Sequence record: NC_048779.1
DNA: 64,000 nt
Strand: one strand, 5' to 3'
Of this stretch, positions 32,481 through 43,800 are shown in pieces; within the stretch, counting starts at the first letter, position 1; each line of letters starts with the position of its first letter. The notes below the pieces were generated by a model. The model had not been told where the DNA came from. It saw only the letters and a list, made by a program, of their open reading frames with translations, and did no database searches. Made by a program: the position numbers and the translations under genes.

Positions 32481-34958
32481 TTATTTGAACTTCGCCTTCC
32501 GGTTCGCGTCTTCCGGAACACTAATGCCCTCGGAGTTCAAAGCAATGACGTTAGGATCTTTAAACATACTCGTGTGACTAAAGAAGTGTGAGACCATAAG
32601 GATTTGCACAACACTACCATTAGTCGAGATGTTCAAGATATAATCAAACAAACGTTGTTGGTGGAACGCATCCAATTTCACACCCACCTCATCCAGTATT
32701 AACGGGAATCGGTTTTGTGATTGGTAACGCATCAACACCATACGGAATGCTAGGTTGATGATGTCTTGTTCCCCACCCGAACAATCACTCACGTCTTTAG
32801 ACGGTTTACCATCTACAGAGTTAATGACTGGGAAACGATACGACAACTCACCTTTGTTATTGACACAAGGCAATACGTAAAGCGGTGTAGTGAATACCTC
32901 GCGAATAATGGCATTCATGTTACCTACTAGTGCTTTAATAAAGTCTTCCATTAACTTAGCAATCATTCCTTTATTAGGACAGATTGTGTCTTGTAATAAT
33001 TGTAATTTATCACGACGTTCTTCTAATCGTTGAATGTCTTCTTCGATGGAACGTATAACAGACTCAGTAGACCGACCACGGATCAACATTTGCATGTAAC
33101 GATCTTTAGTCGGAACCCAGTCGTTAATGGCGTTACTGGTTGCCTGCTTTAAGATATAACGACCTTTGTCTTTAAAGGACTCTAGGATGTGGTCTCTAAG
33201 CGTTTCCAGTAAATCAATTTTTGCATCTCGTGTTTGCATTTCCTCCAGTTTGTGTTCAACTTTACTTAGTTTATCGTTGAATCGTCGCAATGACTCCATT
33301 TCACTTGCCAACAACGATTCTAGCTCTGTTAATTGACGCGACAGTTCAGAAATATCATTTCTTCGTAATGCGTCAATACGAATAGTGAGAGATTGTATCT
33401 CCGCTTGGTGTTGATTTAACAGGTCTCGACGCTCCCTATAAACAACCGCCATTTTAATGCCGTTGATTAATGGTGTTGCATCTCGATACCCAACTCGATG
33501 TTCCTTTAGGATGTTTAACAAGGTACGGTCATCATCATCAAGATAACGTGCAGTAGAAACCACCTTGGATAATGTGGTGTAGAATTCCTCATCTAAAGTA
33601 AGACGCTTCTTAAGGGATTCTCGTTGATCACGCACTGTTTGTAACGTTTGTTCGAGTCGGGTGAGTTCTTTGCGTTTTAACTCTACGTCTTTAAGATCAA
33701 AGCCGGGTTTGAACTCGTGCTCACATTCCGGACACTGCATGTCTTCGGTCATATCGAAATGTTTTAACTGATGACGAAGTTCTTCAGTTTGATACTTCAG
33801 ATTACGACCCTGATTATTGATCTCCTCAAGACGTTCTTCCCATAAGCGATAATCCATCAAAGTGACCTTATCGCTACTTGCCAACGTTACTTGCTCTAAC
33901 ACACTTACCAGTTGACCTGAAGCACGACTCAGTAAATCGATGACGTCGTCTTTAACTCCCCCAAAGACTTCTTCCACAATACGCTTTGAGTCTTCAAAGA
34001 CTTCAATGTCGTGTTTTTGTAAAGCGAGTAAATCTTGACGTTGTTGTTCCAATACCTCTGGGGTTTCCGTGACGTAGTTAACTCCACTCAACGTTTCCAT
34101 CAAATCAGTGATCTTAGAACGGTAGATACCAATCTTAAGATTCTTGGCAGTCATGATGCGTTTATATTGGGTGCACGTCAGTTCGAGCTCTCTGGGCGTC
34201 TGCACGGTAGTGACCGAACCCACAACCAACTCTTTGGTCAGTTTAATGAAGCGACGCATTTCCTGCTGAAGATTTTCATTAGGGGGATTAACGGCATCTA
34301 ACACTCCAGACAACACCATTGCTTCTTTGATTCGTGTGTCGAGTTTTTCGATGTCTTGTTCAAGCTCTGGGACTTTCTTCCCCATGAGTTGTTCTTTACG
34401 CTGATTTTCTTCAGCCAAACGGTGGTGTTGGTTTTTAATCGCACCAATACAGTTACGGAGTTCTGATTTGATTTTATTGTAGACGTTCACCGCATAACGA
34501 GTGTCATTCGGGTACATGTCCATGATGATTTGTTTTCTTACTGCGGTGGATAAGGTCGTGAATAAATCGTTGACCTTTAACCCACTCATGTACTTAACTA
34601 AGTTCGGTGTTAGTCCGAAGTATTGTTTGCACAACTCTTTTTGAACAGTAAGTGTCCCACCTGTATTGAGTTCCTCTACTCCGTTCTTTTTGAAGGAGTG
34701 TGTGGAAGATGAACCGGTGTGGGATTCCATGATGTAAAACTCTTGTTCTGACACCACCCACTTTACGTATTTATACCCACCCTTGGCGTAATCCGCATTA
34801 TCCGGTGGTAATGGATGACATTCTTTTAACAGACTGGTTTTACCGTACCCGTTCCTGCCCATGAAAATGTTAACTAAATCCGTTAACGTTAATTCCACAG
34901 AACGTGTGCCTTTGGTGAGCAGACCCGTGTTATTCTTTAAACGTAATTCTGTGATCAT
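32481..34958 (-). CDS. sbcC: SbcC/Rad50-like SMC ATPase
   Basis: Walker A GRNGYGKT, coiled coils, Zn hook CPEC, signature CSGGE, Walker B LILDE, VSH. Confidence 0.92.
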   Translation of the reverse strand: MITELRLKNNTGLLTKGTRSVELTLTDLVNIFMGRNGYGKTSLLKECHPLPPDNADYAKGGYKYVKWVVSEQEFYIMESHTGSSSTHSFKKNGVEELNTGGTLTVQKELCKQYFGLTPNLVKYMSGLKVNDLFTTLSTAVRKQIIMDMYPNDTRYAVNVYNKIKSELRNCIGAIKNQHHRLAEENQRKEQLMGKKVPELEQDIEKLDTRIKEAMVLSGVLDAVNPPNENLQQEMRRFIKLTKELVVGSVTTVQTPRELELTCTQYKRIMTAKNLKIGIYRSKITDLMETLSGVNYVTETPEVLEQQRQDLLALQKHDIEVFEDSKRIVEEVFGGVKDDVIDLLSRASGQLVSVLEQVTLASSDKVTLMDYRLWEERLEEINNQGRNLKYQTEELRHQLKHFDMTEDMQCPECEHEFKPGFDLKDVELKRKELTRLEQTLQTVRDQRESLKKRLTLDEEFYTTLSKVVSTARYLDDDDRTLLNILKEHRVGYRDATPLINGIKMAVVYRERRDLLNQHQAEIQSLTIRIDALRRNDISELSRQLTELESLLASEMESLRRFNDKLSKVEHKLEEMQTRDAKIDLLETLRDHILESFKDKGRYILKQATSNAINDWVPTKDRYMQMLIRGRSTESVIRSIEEDIQRLEERRDKLQLLQDTICPNKGMIAKLMEDFIKALVGNMNAIIREVFTTPLYVLPCVNNKGELSYRFPVINSVDGKPSKDVSDCSGGEQDIINLAFRMVLMRYQSQNRFPLILDEVGVKLDAFHQQRLFDYILNISTNGSVVQILMVSHFFSHTSMFKDPNVIALNSEGISVPEDANRKAKFK

Positions 34959-35012
34959 TGAAAAAAAAAACTCTTTAATTAATTTACTCTACTTATCTAT
35001 AGGACCCTATGT

Positions 35013-36065
35013 ATGAATTTACTTAATTTCATCGGAGTCGGGACCGTATTGGAGAACAAACCTGAAAACTCTTACTATGTCAATGTGACGAATAAAGTAG
35101 AGTTTCCACAGACCGACGGTGCGGGGATAGCTAATGCGGTACCTGTGTCCAGCTCCAATCCTACCGGTGAAACTGGTTATCAAACCAGTAAAGGTTTACG
35201 TGCTAACTTTTACACCGCTAAGTGGATGCCGTTTAACCCTAACCGTTTAACCGCTCCTGACGTTCGCGTGGGATCTAAGGTTGCACTTTACAAGTTTAAT
35301 GACGATGATCAAATCTATTGGACCACTTGGGGAATAGGAAACGAAACATTCCGATTGGAACATGTACTGTACGCATGGAATGCCAATCCTCATGTGGATA
35401 AAAACGCACCTTTTAGTTTTGATGATTATTACACACTGGTTTTCTCCACCCGACATCAAGAAGTCGTGTTCAAGACCACTCAGGCTAATAAAGAGCCTGT
35501 TGCGTTCCGATTGGGATTTAATACCCGTAATGGTACGTGGGCTTTGACGGATACTGAGAAAAACGCCTTTGCCTTAGATTCATTGAAACATTCTTGGGTG
35601 ATGCGTAACCGTGAAGGTTCCATCTTTAACATTAATCGTAAAGACATTTCTTTAATTAATAAAGGAACGCAGTTGTTCGAAGCCGCTAAGTCGATTAACA
35701 TGAAAACGGATAAGTTCTTTGTTAAATGTAACGACTTTGTTATGGATTCTGGGACCATGCAGGTTACGACTAATTCCTTAACCATGAATGCTAAGAAGAC
35801 CGATTGGAAAGGAGATTCCATTAGTATTGTGTGTCCGACTAACACGATCCAAGGTAACGTAGGGATTCAAGGTAACTTAGGGGTGGCAGGTGGCATGAGT
35901 TGTACCGCAGGACCGGGAGGTTCAGGTGGCACTTTAGCAACCTCTGGTGGGATTAAAGCTCAGGATGTGGTAGAATCCGAAGTAGACGTCGTTGCGGCAG
36001 GTGTGTCATTGAAAAACCACAAACACACTGGTAACAAAGGATCACCGACTTCATCACCGATCTAA
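35013..36065 (+). CDS. Baseplate central spike (gpV/gp5-like)
   Basis: N-terminal OB-fold-like part, beta-helix-like repeats, C-terminal VSLKNHKH apex motif with the iron-binding H-x-H of P2 gpV-type spikes. Confidence 0.85.
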   Translation: MNLLNFIGVGTVLENKPENSYYVNVTNKVEFPQTDGAGIANAVPVSSSNPTGETGYQTSKGLRANFYTAKWMPFNPNRLTAPDVRVGSKVALYKFNDDDQIYWTTWGIGNETFRLEHVLYAWNANPHVDKNAPFSFDDYYTLVFSTRHQEVVFKTTQANKEPVAFRLGFNTRNGTWALTDTEKNAFALDSLKHSWVMRNREGSIFNINRKDISLINKGTQLFEAAKSINMKTDKFFVKCNDFVMDSGTMQVTTNSLTMNAKKTDWKGDSISIVCPTNTIQGNVGIQGNLGVAGGMSCTAGPGGSGGTLATSGGIKAQDVVESEVDVVAAGVSLKNHKHTGNKGSPTSSPI

Positions 36066-36073
36066 AAAGAAAC

Positions 36074-36107
36074 ATAACTCCTACCTCCCATCGGAGGTAG
36101 GAGTTAT
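36074..36107. terminator. Bidirectional terminator, 15-bp perfect stem
   Basis: ataactcctacctcc-catc-ggaggtaggagttat between convergent stops. Confidence 0.8.
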
Positions 36108-36113
36108 TATTGA

Positions 36114-38624
36114 TTATGGGGTGTATTCAAGTTCTTGCCAGCTAATGCCGTCTAGGACTCTCGCACACAGTTCACCGTCCTTTAACTCAAAGTTAAGCTT
36201 AGGGTCGGTTTCTCCTTGCTTCATCCAGTAGAACGAAGTAGGGATAGTGTACGGTCGCCCACCGATGACCACCGTAGTGTCCAAGTTAGGAATAGTTCCC
36301 ATCGGTCCCATATTTGGAATACCCCCTAACGAGAACTTCTTACCCGAATCATTGAATGAGAAATTCGAGACGTTTAGGTCAGGTAACGCCACCCCGTTCG
36401 GTCCTGTCATGACAGCACGATATTGAGTCAATCCAAACTCATTCGCAACTGGTGCAATAACGTCATCTACTGTAATAGTATCGGTAACCTCAACTGTTAC
36501 TAGTAAGGTGCGGTCCGGAATAGGGTTTTGAAGTGTGACCTTCGGGTTGGAACCAGCCTTGTAATTTACGTAGAAGTCTCGTTTTAAGAAACGACGTAAA
36601 TTCGTTGGTGCATTAGGGACTTTACCATTGCCCTCGTAAACCTTAACAAAGTCCCCAATACGGTCTAGGTCGTAACGACCACCTACCAAGGTCACGTTTA
36701 GTCGAGCCAAATAAACGTCACTGTTATTATCACAGCGCATCTCTAGTCCAACATATTCGCTACCTTCTGGATAGACCAACACACAAGCATAAGCGTCTTC
36801 TTGATTCTCCGCCAAGAAAGCTTTGTGTTGAAGTTTAATCTTGGTTAACGAACTGTCAGTAAGATAAGCCGGTTTACCCAACATACCTTTACCAACGACA
36901 CCACGAATAGTACCTTTAGCTTGGTGCATGTTTTCAGTTGACCACACTAAACCTGTTAAGGTCGCATCGTTCTCTGTGATGGTGTTAACACATTCTTGAT
37001 CGAACTCTTTCATCTCCGAGATGAGACGAGATTCAAATGACTGCGCACGCTGGATCTGATGTTGGTAGGTCCACTCACCGATTGCGTTAGGTGCGCCAAT
37101 GATCAACGTATCTTTCCCTTGGAAGAAAGAGCGCCCGTATTGGGAGTCAACAATAAACGAAGGGAGTCCTTGGTTTAATCTTAACTCTGTGCTCAACGGT
37201 AAAGTCGGTATCTCCAAACAACGGTCATAAAGTTCACGTAACGAACGGATATCGTGGATGTGATCTAAAACGAACGTTTGTAGGTTGTATGAGTGAACGG
37301 TAGCATGCCCACCTTGAGGACGGAATACGCTCGCACCATGCAATGGATGGAAAGGATGAACCTTATCAAGTTGAGGTATCGCACTTGTTGACCAATCAAA
37401 CGGTGTATTGAGTCGAGTACAACTTACCGCTTTAGGGTTACGTAAATCGATTTCCCATCCAAAGTAAGCCGTGTGTTGATTCCCGTCGGCGTCACTTAAG
37501 TTCACACACAGAAACGCAAAGAGTTCACGACCATAGTCCAACCATTCAAACCCACCATGGACGACTTCACTGTGTTCGAACTTGATACCAGTCTTACCGG
37601 TTAACGCATTCCAACTCACTTTAGCGTAGGTTTTGGTTCGATCGATTCCTTCGAATGTAAAGCGGTAAGCGTTCGTGTCCTCTACAATTCGACCACCGTA
37701 ACCAGTAAACCCATCTCCGTTAACTCCAGCATGAGTTCCTTTAGTTAGAGGACTGTGTTGGACTAAACCGAACTTCACCCCATCAACGTCAGCTGTAATG
37801 AATCCCGCGTACCCTTTCCCGTTAATAGGGTCTGGGTCCATCCAAGTGACATGGTTACCAGTCTGGAGTTCATCGTTTTGATCATAACCAACTACACCAA
37901 ACGACTCACCCGATAAATAACCGTGGAAACGACGGAAGGATTGTTGACGGCGTAAACAACACGCATTCCATCCATGAACTTCGGGCACCACGGACGAATC
38001 CTCCACACCCAGTTGCTTAAGCAAATGGATGCGTTTTGCACCCGGTGATCCGTTGATCACATAAACCTGTTTACCGGTTTCAGGATAAGTGATGAACATC
38101 TCACCCATTCCACACGACAATACCTTACCTTGCACCCACTGTAGACCGTCGTCGGTTTCCGTAGGATGGATGTTGATATTAGGGATAGGTTCCTTAGGAA
38201 CATCAACTCCGGTAAAGTAAGAACGTTTTACCGGTAACAATGTGCCATCAGGTTTATGGTTAACAGCATGCAACGCGTCACCTAAGGTTTTAGGTGTAAC
38301 GTACTCATCGTAAACAACACCCGCCTGAATGTGGGTCACATGGGTGAAAGGAAAGTCACCCACCATAGACAACCCTAAAGTCTCCAATGTCTCACCGTGT
38401 TGGGGACCTTTTGAATTTATGTGATCGGTCAGCTTCTTATTTAACTCAGAGTAGTTAACATTAACTAATCCCGTGACTTCACTATTTAGGGTTTGGGTTT
38501 GACGATCAGTCTCGGTGATCTGTTCAGCTCTTGCAAATGCAATGCGGTGTAATTGTGTATAAACATCACCGGCACCGGTGGTATGTTGGGGTCTCCCCGG
38601 AATACCTCCACTAACTACTTTCAT
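36114..38624 (-). CDS. Virion structural protein (baseplate/tail-fibre paralog family)
   Basis: 836 aa; N-terminal LTDHINSKGPQHGETLETLGL motif shared with neighbouring genes. Confidence 0.7.
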   Translation of the reverse strand: MKVVSGGIPGRPQHTTGAGDVYTQLHRIAFARAEQITETDRQTQTLNSEVTGLVNVNYSELNKKLTDHINSKGPQHGETLETLGLSMVGDFPFTHVTHIQAGVVYDEYVTPKTLGDALHAVNHKPDGTLLPVKRSYFTGVDVPKEPIPNINIHPTETDDGLQWVQGKVLSCGMGEMFITYPETGKQVYVINGSPGAKRIHLLKQLGVEDSSVVPEVHGWNACCLRRQQSFRRFHGYLSGESFGVVGYDQNDELQTGNHVTWMDPDPINGKGYAGFITADVDGVKFGLVQHSPLTKGTHAGVNGDGFTGYGGRIVEDTNAYRFTFEGIDRTKTYAKVSWNALTGKTGIKFEHSEVVHGGFEWLDYGRELFAFLCVNLSDADGNQHTAYFGWEIDLRNPKAVSCTRLNTPFDWSTSAIPQLDKVHPFHPLHGASVFRPQGGHATVHSYNLQTFVLDHIHDIRSLRELYDRCLEIPTLPLSTELRLNQGLPSFIVDSQYGRSFFQGKDTLIIGAPNAIGEWTYQHQIQRAQSFESRLISEMKEFDQECVNTITENDATLTGLVWSTENMHQAKGTIRGVVGKGMLGKPAYLTDSSLTKIKLQHKAFLAENQEDAYACVLVYPEGSEYVGLEMRCDNNSDVYLARLNVTLVGGRYDLDRIGDFVKVYEGNGKVPNAPTNLRRFLKRDFYVNYKAGSNPKVTLQNPIPDRTLLVTVEVTDTITVDDVIAPVANEFGLTQYRAVMTGPNGVALPDLNVSNFSFNDSGKKFSLGGIPNMGPMGTIPNLDTTVVIGGRPYTIPTSFYWMKQGETDPKLNFELKDGELCARVLDGISWQELEYTP

Positions 38625-38625
38625 G

Positions 38626-40836
38626 TTAGTCTCCAGTCATTAATGAGAAATTGCTGATACCTGAATCATCGATCAACATTCGTGCAATTGGGTAAAACCC
38701 TTTATGTTCAGGTTCATCCGTTACCAACATCAAACCTGATGGGGAAGAAATCAAACCGACTTGGATTGGAGTACTCCCACCACCTGACCACTTGCTAGAC
38801 GTACGCACATCGAGTGAACAACGTTTTAACGTAGCACGAACACCTTGGTAAACGGCTTCGCAGTCATTAGGGACAGAAACCGTCCATTTGGTTTCCCCAC
38901 TCGGAACCACCACTAACCCAAGGTTTGCGTCTTTAGAAACCACATCCTCAAATAACTTAGTTTCAACTGAAGTGCGGTAAACTAACATCGGGGTCATTGA
39001 AATGGTCCCGCATGCCGTATAACGTTTATTCCCGTAGTAGTTGATCAAGTTACCGTCTTGACTAATTCCCAAGCTTGGGTACTTTGACGGACCTTTGGTT
39101 AGTTTGATTAAGGAGTCACCGAAACGTTGATACGACTTGGTGTTATCGATGGAACGGGCATTACTCGATCCCGGAATGTTAGTGAAGCGCATCTCTTTCA
39201 AGTTTAGCTCCCATCCAGATTCGATTGGGTATTCATCCCCGTCCAATGTAACTGACGTTAACAGTTTCAACAGCACACGTTCAGGATGTTCGTTTTCTGC
39301 TTCCGCTGATAAGGAGAACCCATGACCATTAAGATTTACGGTACGTATCGCTCGAGTGAAACTATGGTGGAAACGATCGAAGGTATTGGTTTCTGTACCT
39401 TGTTTAATCGAGACCAACGCTAGACGATAAGAATCTTTGATGTCTGTTCCGTCTTCGTTCTGGTAATCAAAGGAAAGCGAACGTGAGGTGTAAGTCTTTC
39501 CAAGGTCAAGCTGGGCGTCATCGAACTCAAACAGGCTGAACTTCACGTTATAAACGTAGGTACTACTCTCAGTATCATGAGTGATCAATAACAACCCACG
39601 TTGACACTTAACAAACCAACTGCGTTCTTCCCACCCTGTACCGTATAATCCATCCAGATTACTTAAATCCAGTTTAGTGAAATTCGGAGACCCACTTAGG
39701 AGTTCCTCAGGATTGGCGTAATAAAGACCAGTGTTTGAATCATGACGACGTATCACAACACCGCCACCCAAGGTCTTCAACACTTCATCTGATCTGCCGT
39801 CGGAAGCGTTAATGTCTCGTTGTTCACCAGTGAAACTTAACTCAGCATCTTGACCATAAAGGAGACTGATCGGTTGACCGGAGTTGTCCCCAAAATAAAA
39901 CACTAGTCCGTCCTTTACATCACGACATACTGCGGCTTTAGTAATTTGGTTGAACTCCATGGTTCTCGGTGGATGAACAGTCGACGTTTTACCGAGTAGG
40001 TTAAAGGCGTTTTGTTTGATCTCACCTGAACGCACCAAGGTCGGAGACATGCGTTGTTTGTCTTTAGCTGCTAACACTAATCCTTTCGGAGTAGAGAAAC
40101 GATCGATGATATCCCCTTGGTAGTCTTCCTTGACGGTTGCCAATGGGACGTTGGGAATATGTGTTAAACTAAAGTGTTTACGTTCAAGCTCATGCGGGTT
40201 GTCGTAGTCTTGATCGTGGTCCTTTAGTCTCTGTCGGTAATCCCGGTGTTCTTTAGAAAACAACCCCTCTACCTTATTGATCATCGCCATGGTGCGATCA
40301 TAGTGAGTTCGCTTGGTTTCCATAACGAAGTTGAGGTGTTGTTGAGCGAAACTGATGAATTGGTCCCAGTTGGCTACTTCGGTCGCGATATCGTGCCAGT
40401 GTTGATACGCCGGCATCGTAGGTGGTTTACCTAATACTTGTGTATCCCAATCCACCCAGTAATCACTGTTTAACAATTCATGCGCCATTTTACCGATTAA
40501 GGAACGAGGGAAACCGGTGTTACCGATGCTTCGATACTTAATGTGGTAAGACTTTTTGTAGTTGAGGGTGAGGTCTTTAATTCGGAAGAAGTTGTAAACG
40601 GGTTTACCAGTCTTCTTCACCATTTCTTGATTTAAAGATTCAAAGGAATAGTGGACGTTGCGCTTTAACAACATTCCATCTCCATCGTACAACTCAAAGT
40701 CATCGATAAAGAAAGGACTGTAGTCCGGACGATACCAGTCTCGGGATAAAGCGGTAACGGGTTGAACTTCATCAGAGATGTAGTTAGAAGCCAGCTCGCC
40801 CTTTAAATCCAAAGGTAATACTTTAACAATTTCCAT
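38626..40836 (-). CDS. Virion structural protein (baseplate/tail-fibre paralog family)
   Basis: 736 aa; PLDLKG...N, PFF, KP...P...HWHD and H..DYDNPH motifs shared with 40875-44144 and 44265-46406. Confidence 0.75.
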   Translation of the reverse strand: MEIVKVLPLDLKGELASNYISDEVQPVTALSRDWYRPDYSPFFIDDFELYDGDGMLLKRNVHYSFESLNQEMVKKTGKPVYNFFRIKDLTLNYKKSYHIKYRSIGNTGFPRSLIGKMAHELLNSDYWVDWDTQVLGKPPTMPAYQHWHDIATEVANWDQFISFAQQHLNFVMETKRTHYDRTMAMINKVEGLFSKEHRDYRQRLKDHDQDYDNPHELERKHFSLTHIPNVPLATVKEDYQGDIIDRFSTPKGLVLAAKDKQRMSPTLVRSGEIKQNAFNLLGKTSTVHPPRTMEFNQITKAAVCRDVKDGLVFYFGDNSGQPISLLYGQDAELSFTGEQRDINASDGRSDEVLKTLGGGVVIRRHDSNTGLYYANPEELLSGSPNFTKLDLSNLDGLYGTGWEERSWFVKCQRGLLLITHDTESSTYVYNVKFSLFEFDDAQLDLGKTYTSRSLSFDYQNEDGTDIKDSYRLALVSIKQGTETNTFDRFHHSFTRAIRTVNLNGHGFSLSAEAENEHPERVLLKLLTSVTLDGDEYPIESGWELNLKEMRFTNIPGSSNARSIDNTKSYQRFGDSLIKLTKGPSKYPSLGISQDGNLINYYGNKRYTACGTISMTPMLVYRTSVETKLFEDVVSKDANLGLVVVPSGETKWTVSVPNDCEAVYQGVRATLKRCSLDVRTSSKWSGGGSTPIQVGLISSPSGLMLVTDEPEHKGFYPIARMLIDDSGISNFSLMTGD

Positions 40837-40853
40837 ACGGTCCTCGTTAGTTA

Positions 40854-40871
40854 AAGGGGGCGAACCCCCTT
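40854..40871 (-). terminator. Hairpin with UUCG loop
   Basis: Minus strand aaggggg-TTCG-ccccctt after the stop at 40875. Confidence 0.65.
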
Positions 40872-40874
40872 ACA

Positions 40875-43800
40875 TTAAATGATTGTTACACCTTGTTCGG
40901 TAACATCGATTAACCAACCGTCATCCACAGCCGTGTAACTGTCTACTTCTAAGTAAGGACCTAGAGGGTCGTTAACGACACCAAGATGATGACGCTGTGT
41001 GGTTCCCGGTACGATGAGTTGTTTCGTATCGTAAACCAAACCACGAACACGGAACAGGTGGTTTTCCACTTGAACGTCCATAGGAAGCGGTAGGTAGACT
41101 TTATGACGGTTCTCAGGAACGATATTAAACATCCCCACTAACCCCGGATAAACCGGAATGTAACTTGGGTTAACTTGATAACCCGTTCCTAGTTGTTGAC
41201 CCGCATTAACCATACCCCCACACATACGTTGTGCTTTGTTTGAAGTACGAACCCAGCCTAAATCAGGAGACAGTCCCACACAACCATCTTTGACCTCATC
41301 TTCAAAGAAAGCGATCGTATCGTTACTTTGATTTAATACCAGAGAGTACGGATAAGTTAACTGATGTGATTCATTTCCAAATCGGTTGTTAGGGTGTAAG
41401 TTAAACGTAGTTCGACCACCCACTCCTATTAGGACGTTAATCACATTAGTGTGCATAGAAGGCTTAGGATTTTTGACCTTTTCTTTTACAACATAAGCTG
41501 GAGAAGGATGCGATGTTGTTCGCTCATCAATAACTGTTGGAACGTCATCTGTACCTAACGTGGTCATTGTAGCTTGATCATGTATACCGTCAACACGACT
41601 TAAGACTGAGTCCGCAACACGAAGTACTTTGACAGTAGTTTTAATTAACCCAGCTTGTACCTGTGTAATGAACAACAAATCTGGTAGGTCGTGTGGTCTA
41701 CCCAGTAGTAAAGTCCAATGGTCGTTTTCTGTCACACCAAGACCTGTCAACCATTCATCAGAGACTTTAACGTAATGTATCACAGTAAACTGAGAACCAC
41801 TAAATCCCACTTGGTAAGGGACACAACGATCAACACCGTCAGAAGAAGCCACCTGCCAACAAAATTCAGATTCGCGTTCTGATTCATCCAGCACCGTACC
41901 AATCCAACGACTCGGATGTAACCCTTGTACATATTCGATGTTGTCCAGAGGCAAACTGGTTCTGACTTCCGACCCTGCAATGGTTTGTAAGTTAACCCCA
42001 CCGTACAAGTTCTTGTAAAAGAAACCCATGCCGTGTTCAGGATGGGTGCCCTTTACGATACCGTAACGGTTACGAACGTTAGACTCAGCCCAAACTCCCA
42101 TGTAAGGATTCATTGGAGGAAGGTGACCTACGTCGATGTGGTCGTGGTTAATAGGAGAAGCACCACCCACACGGTTGACCGCCCATTCCCCCGTATCCGC
42201 TAAATGCCACTTACGACCGGTATGATCGATCGAGTATTCACCGGGGGTAATGCGCACTGCGAACATTTCACCGAGGGAATTCTCTTTATACCCAAACCCA
42301 AAGAAACCTTCTTGCGACATCTGCACTAGGGTTGCACGTCGGCTGGTTAGCTCACTAGGGAAAGGTACCGCGACTTGTTCAAAGTAGTTGTTCGCATCTG
42401 GTTCCTTAGAGAACAGTGAGTCAGTCACAATATAAGGACGAGGTCGAGTATCGGTCCACGTTAAGGACATTTCCGCTTTACTATGGTCCAGATTTACTTC
42501 TGCCATATGAGAGTGGACATAACGACGTAATTCCCCTTTATGTCGGAATGTCTCAGGGAGTAAGAACTCCATGTAGAGAGTGTCTTCTACTACAGCAGGA
42601 AGAATCAAAATCTGATTATCTTCACGAACCAATTCCACTGGGTCAGAGAACACCAAGTCCCCGTTGGCATAACGACCAGAACTAAACCCACGAGGGAACA
42701 AAATCACACGACCTTGTTCATTGTAGTTCGTTCCATCGTTGATGGTCTTGTATTTGAACGTGTACGAACGTACCGCACCAACGTTACCGTGTTCTGAACG
42801 ATAAGTGATGGTCTTCCAATGAACCGTAGGACGAGTCTCATGATCAACAGTGCGAATCAGATGGACTGCACCTTCGGTATGAATTAGACGCCATTCTCGA
42901 ATGTATCGTTTGACGTCACTCATATCTCCGGTTACTCGTATTTTGGTATTGGGTTGGGCTTTGTAATCCGTAGGACTAACTGGGTCTACGATCAAGTCCC
43001 AGTAATTTCCTGAAGTCTTGTACATTAATCGAGCTTCACGGTTACCGCCTGCTACAAACAAGTCATACCCGGCATCGGTGTGTTCGTTAATCCAAACGTT
43101 ATCATTTGGGTTACGGTCATCACTGATTGGATTCGGGTTAAAGATGTTATTGACTACGTCTTTGTCTTTACCCGTAAAGAGTTGTTGACCTCGACCTACT
43201 CCCATTCTGTCCACGTACGCGTTAACCATCAAATCCTTGACACCAACAGTCAGTGTTGTCTTTGGAATTGGGGAAGGACTCCCATCTAGCGGAAGTAAGT
43301 GTTGCCCATAAATGCCAACGGTCGTTGGAGGTACGTGGTCTTTAGGGTTAGGTCCGACTTTATTGATAAGGTCGTGAGCTTGGGCTGCAACGACTCGTAA
43401 ACGGTCATTGTTCCCAGCTTCGATATCCAAGTGCGAAGCCGTCTTTACTTCATCGATCTTATCTAGCCCGGGAATCGCTCTAGAACGCGTTCCATGAGGA
43501 TCTCGCTGATGATCAATGTGATTATCAGTGTAACGCTCTAAAAGCGTTCTGTAAGGCTGTACGTACGATTTAAGGTTATTGAGCTGAGCAATAAACCAAT
43601 CACGATACGGAACTAAAGCGTCTTGACCAAACAGCGTTTCATATCGATCTTCGTAAACTTCAATAAGACGTGAGAAATTAAAGAAACCTTGAGCCAAATC
43701 ATGACCGTGTAGCATTGGAATGTAATGACTCGGTTTGTTTAATAGTTGATCGAACCACACTGGACGTTGGTCTAGTGCCGCTGCCTCATACCAGTACTTC

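Noticed and set aside
32481-34958. SbcC without an adjacent SbcD/Mre11 nuclease
   Set aside because: The two genes are, as I recall, unlinked in phiKZ-like phages, so this is not unusual.
34960-34970. A10 homopolymer just upstream of sbcC
   Set aside because: Non-coding and in an AT-rich divergent spacer; no evidence of phase variation from a single sequence.
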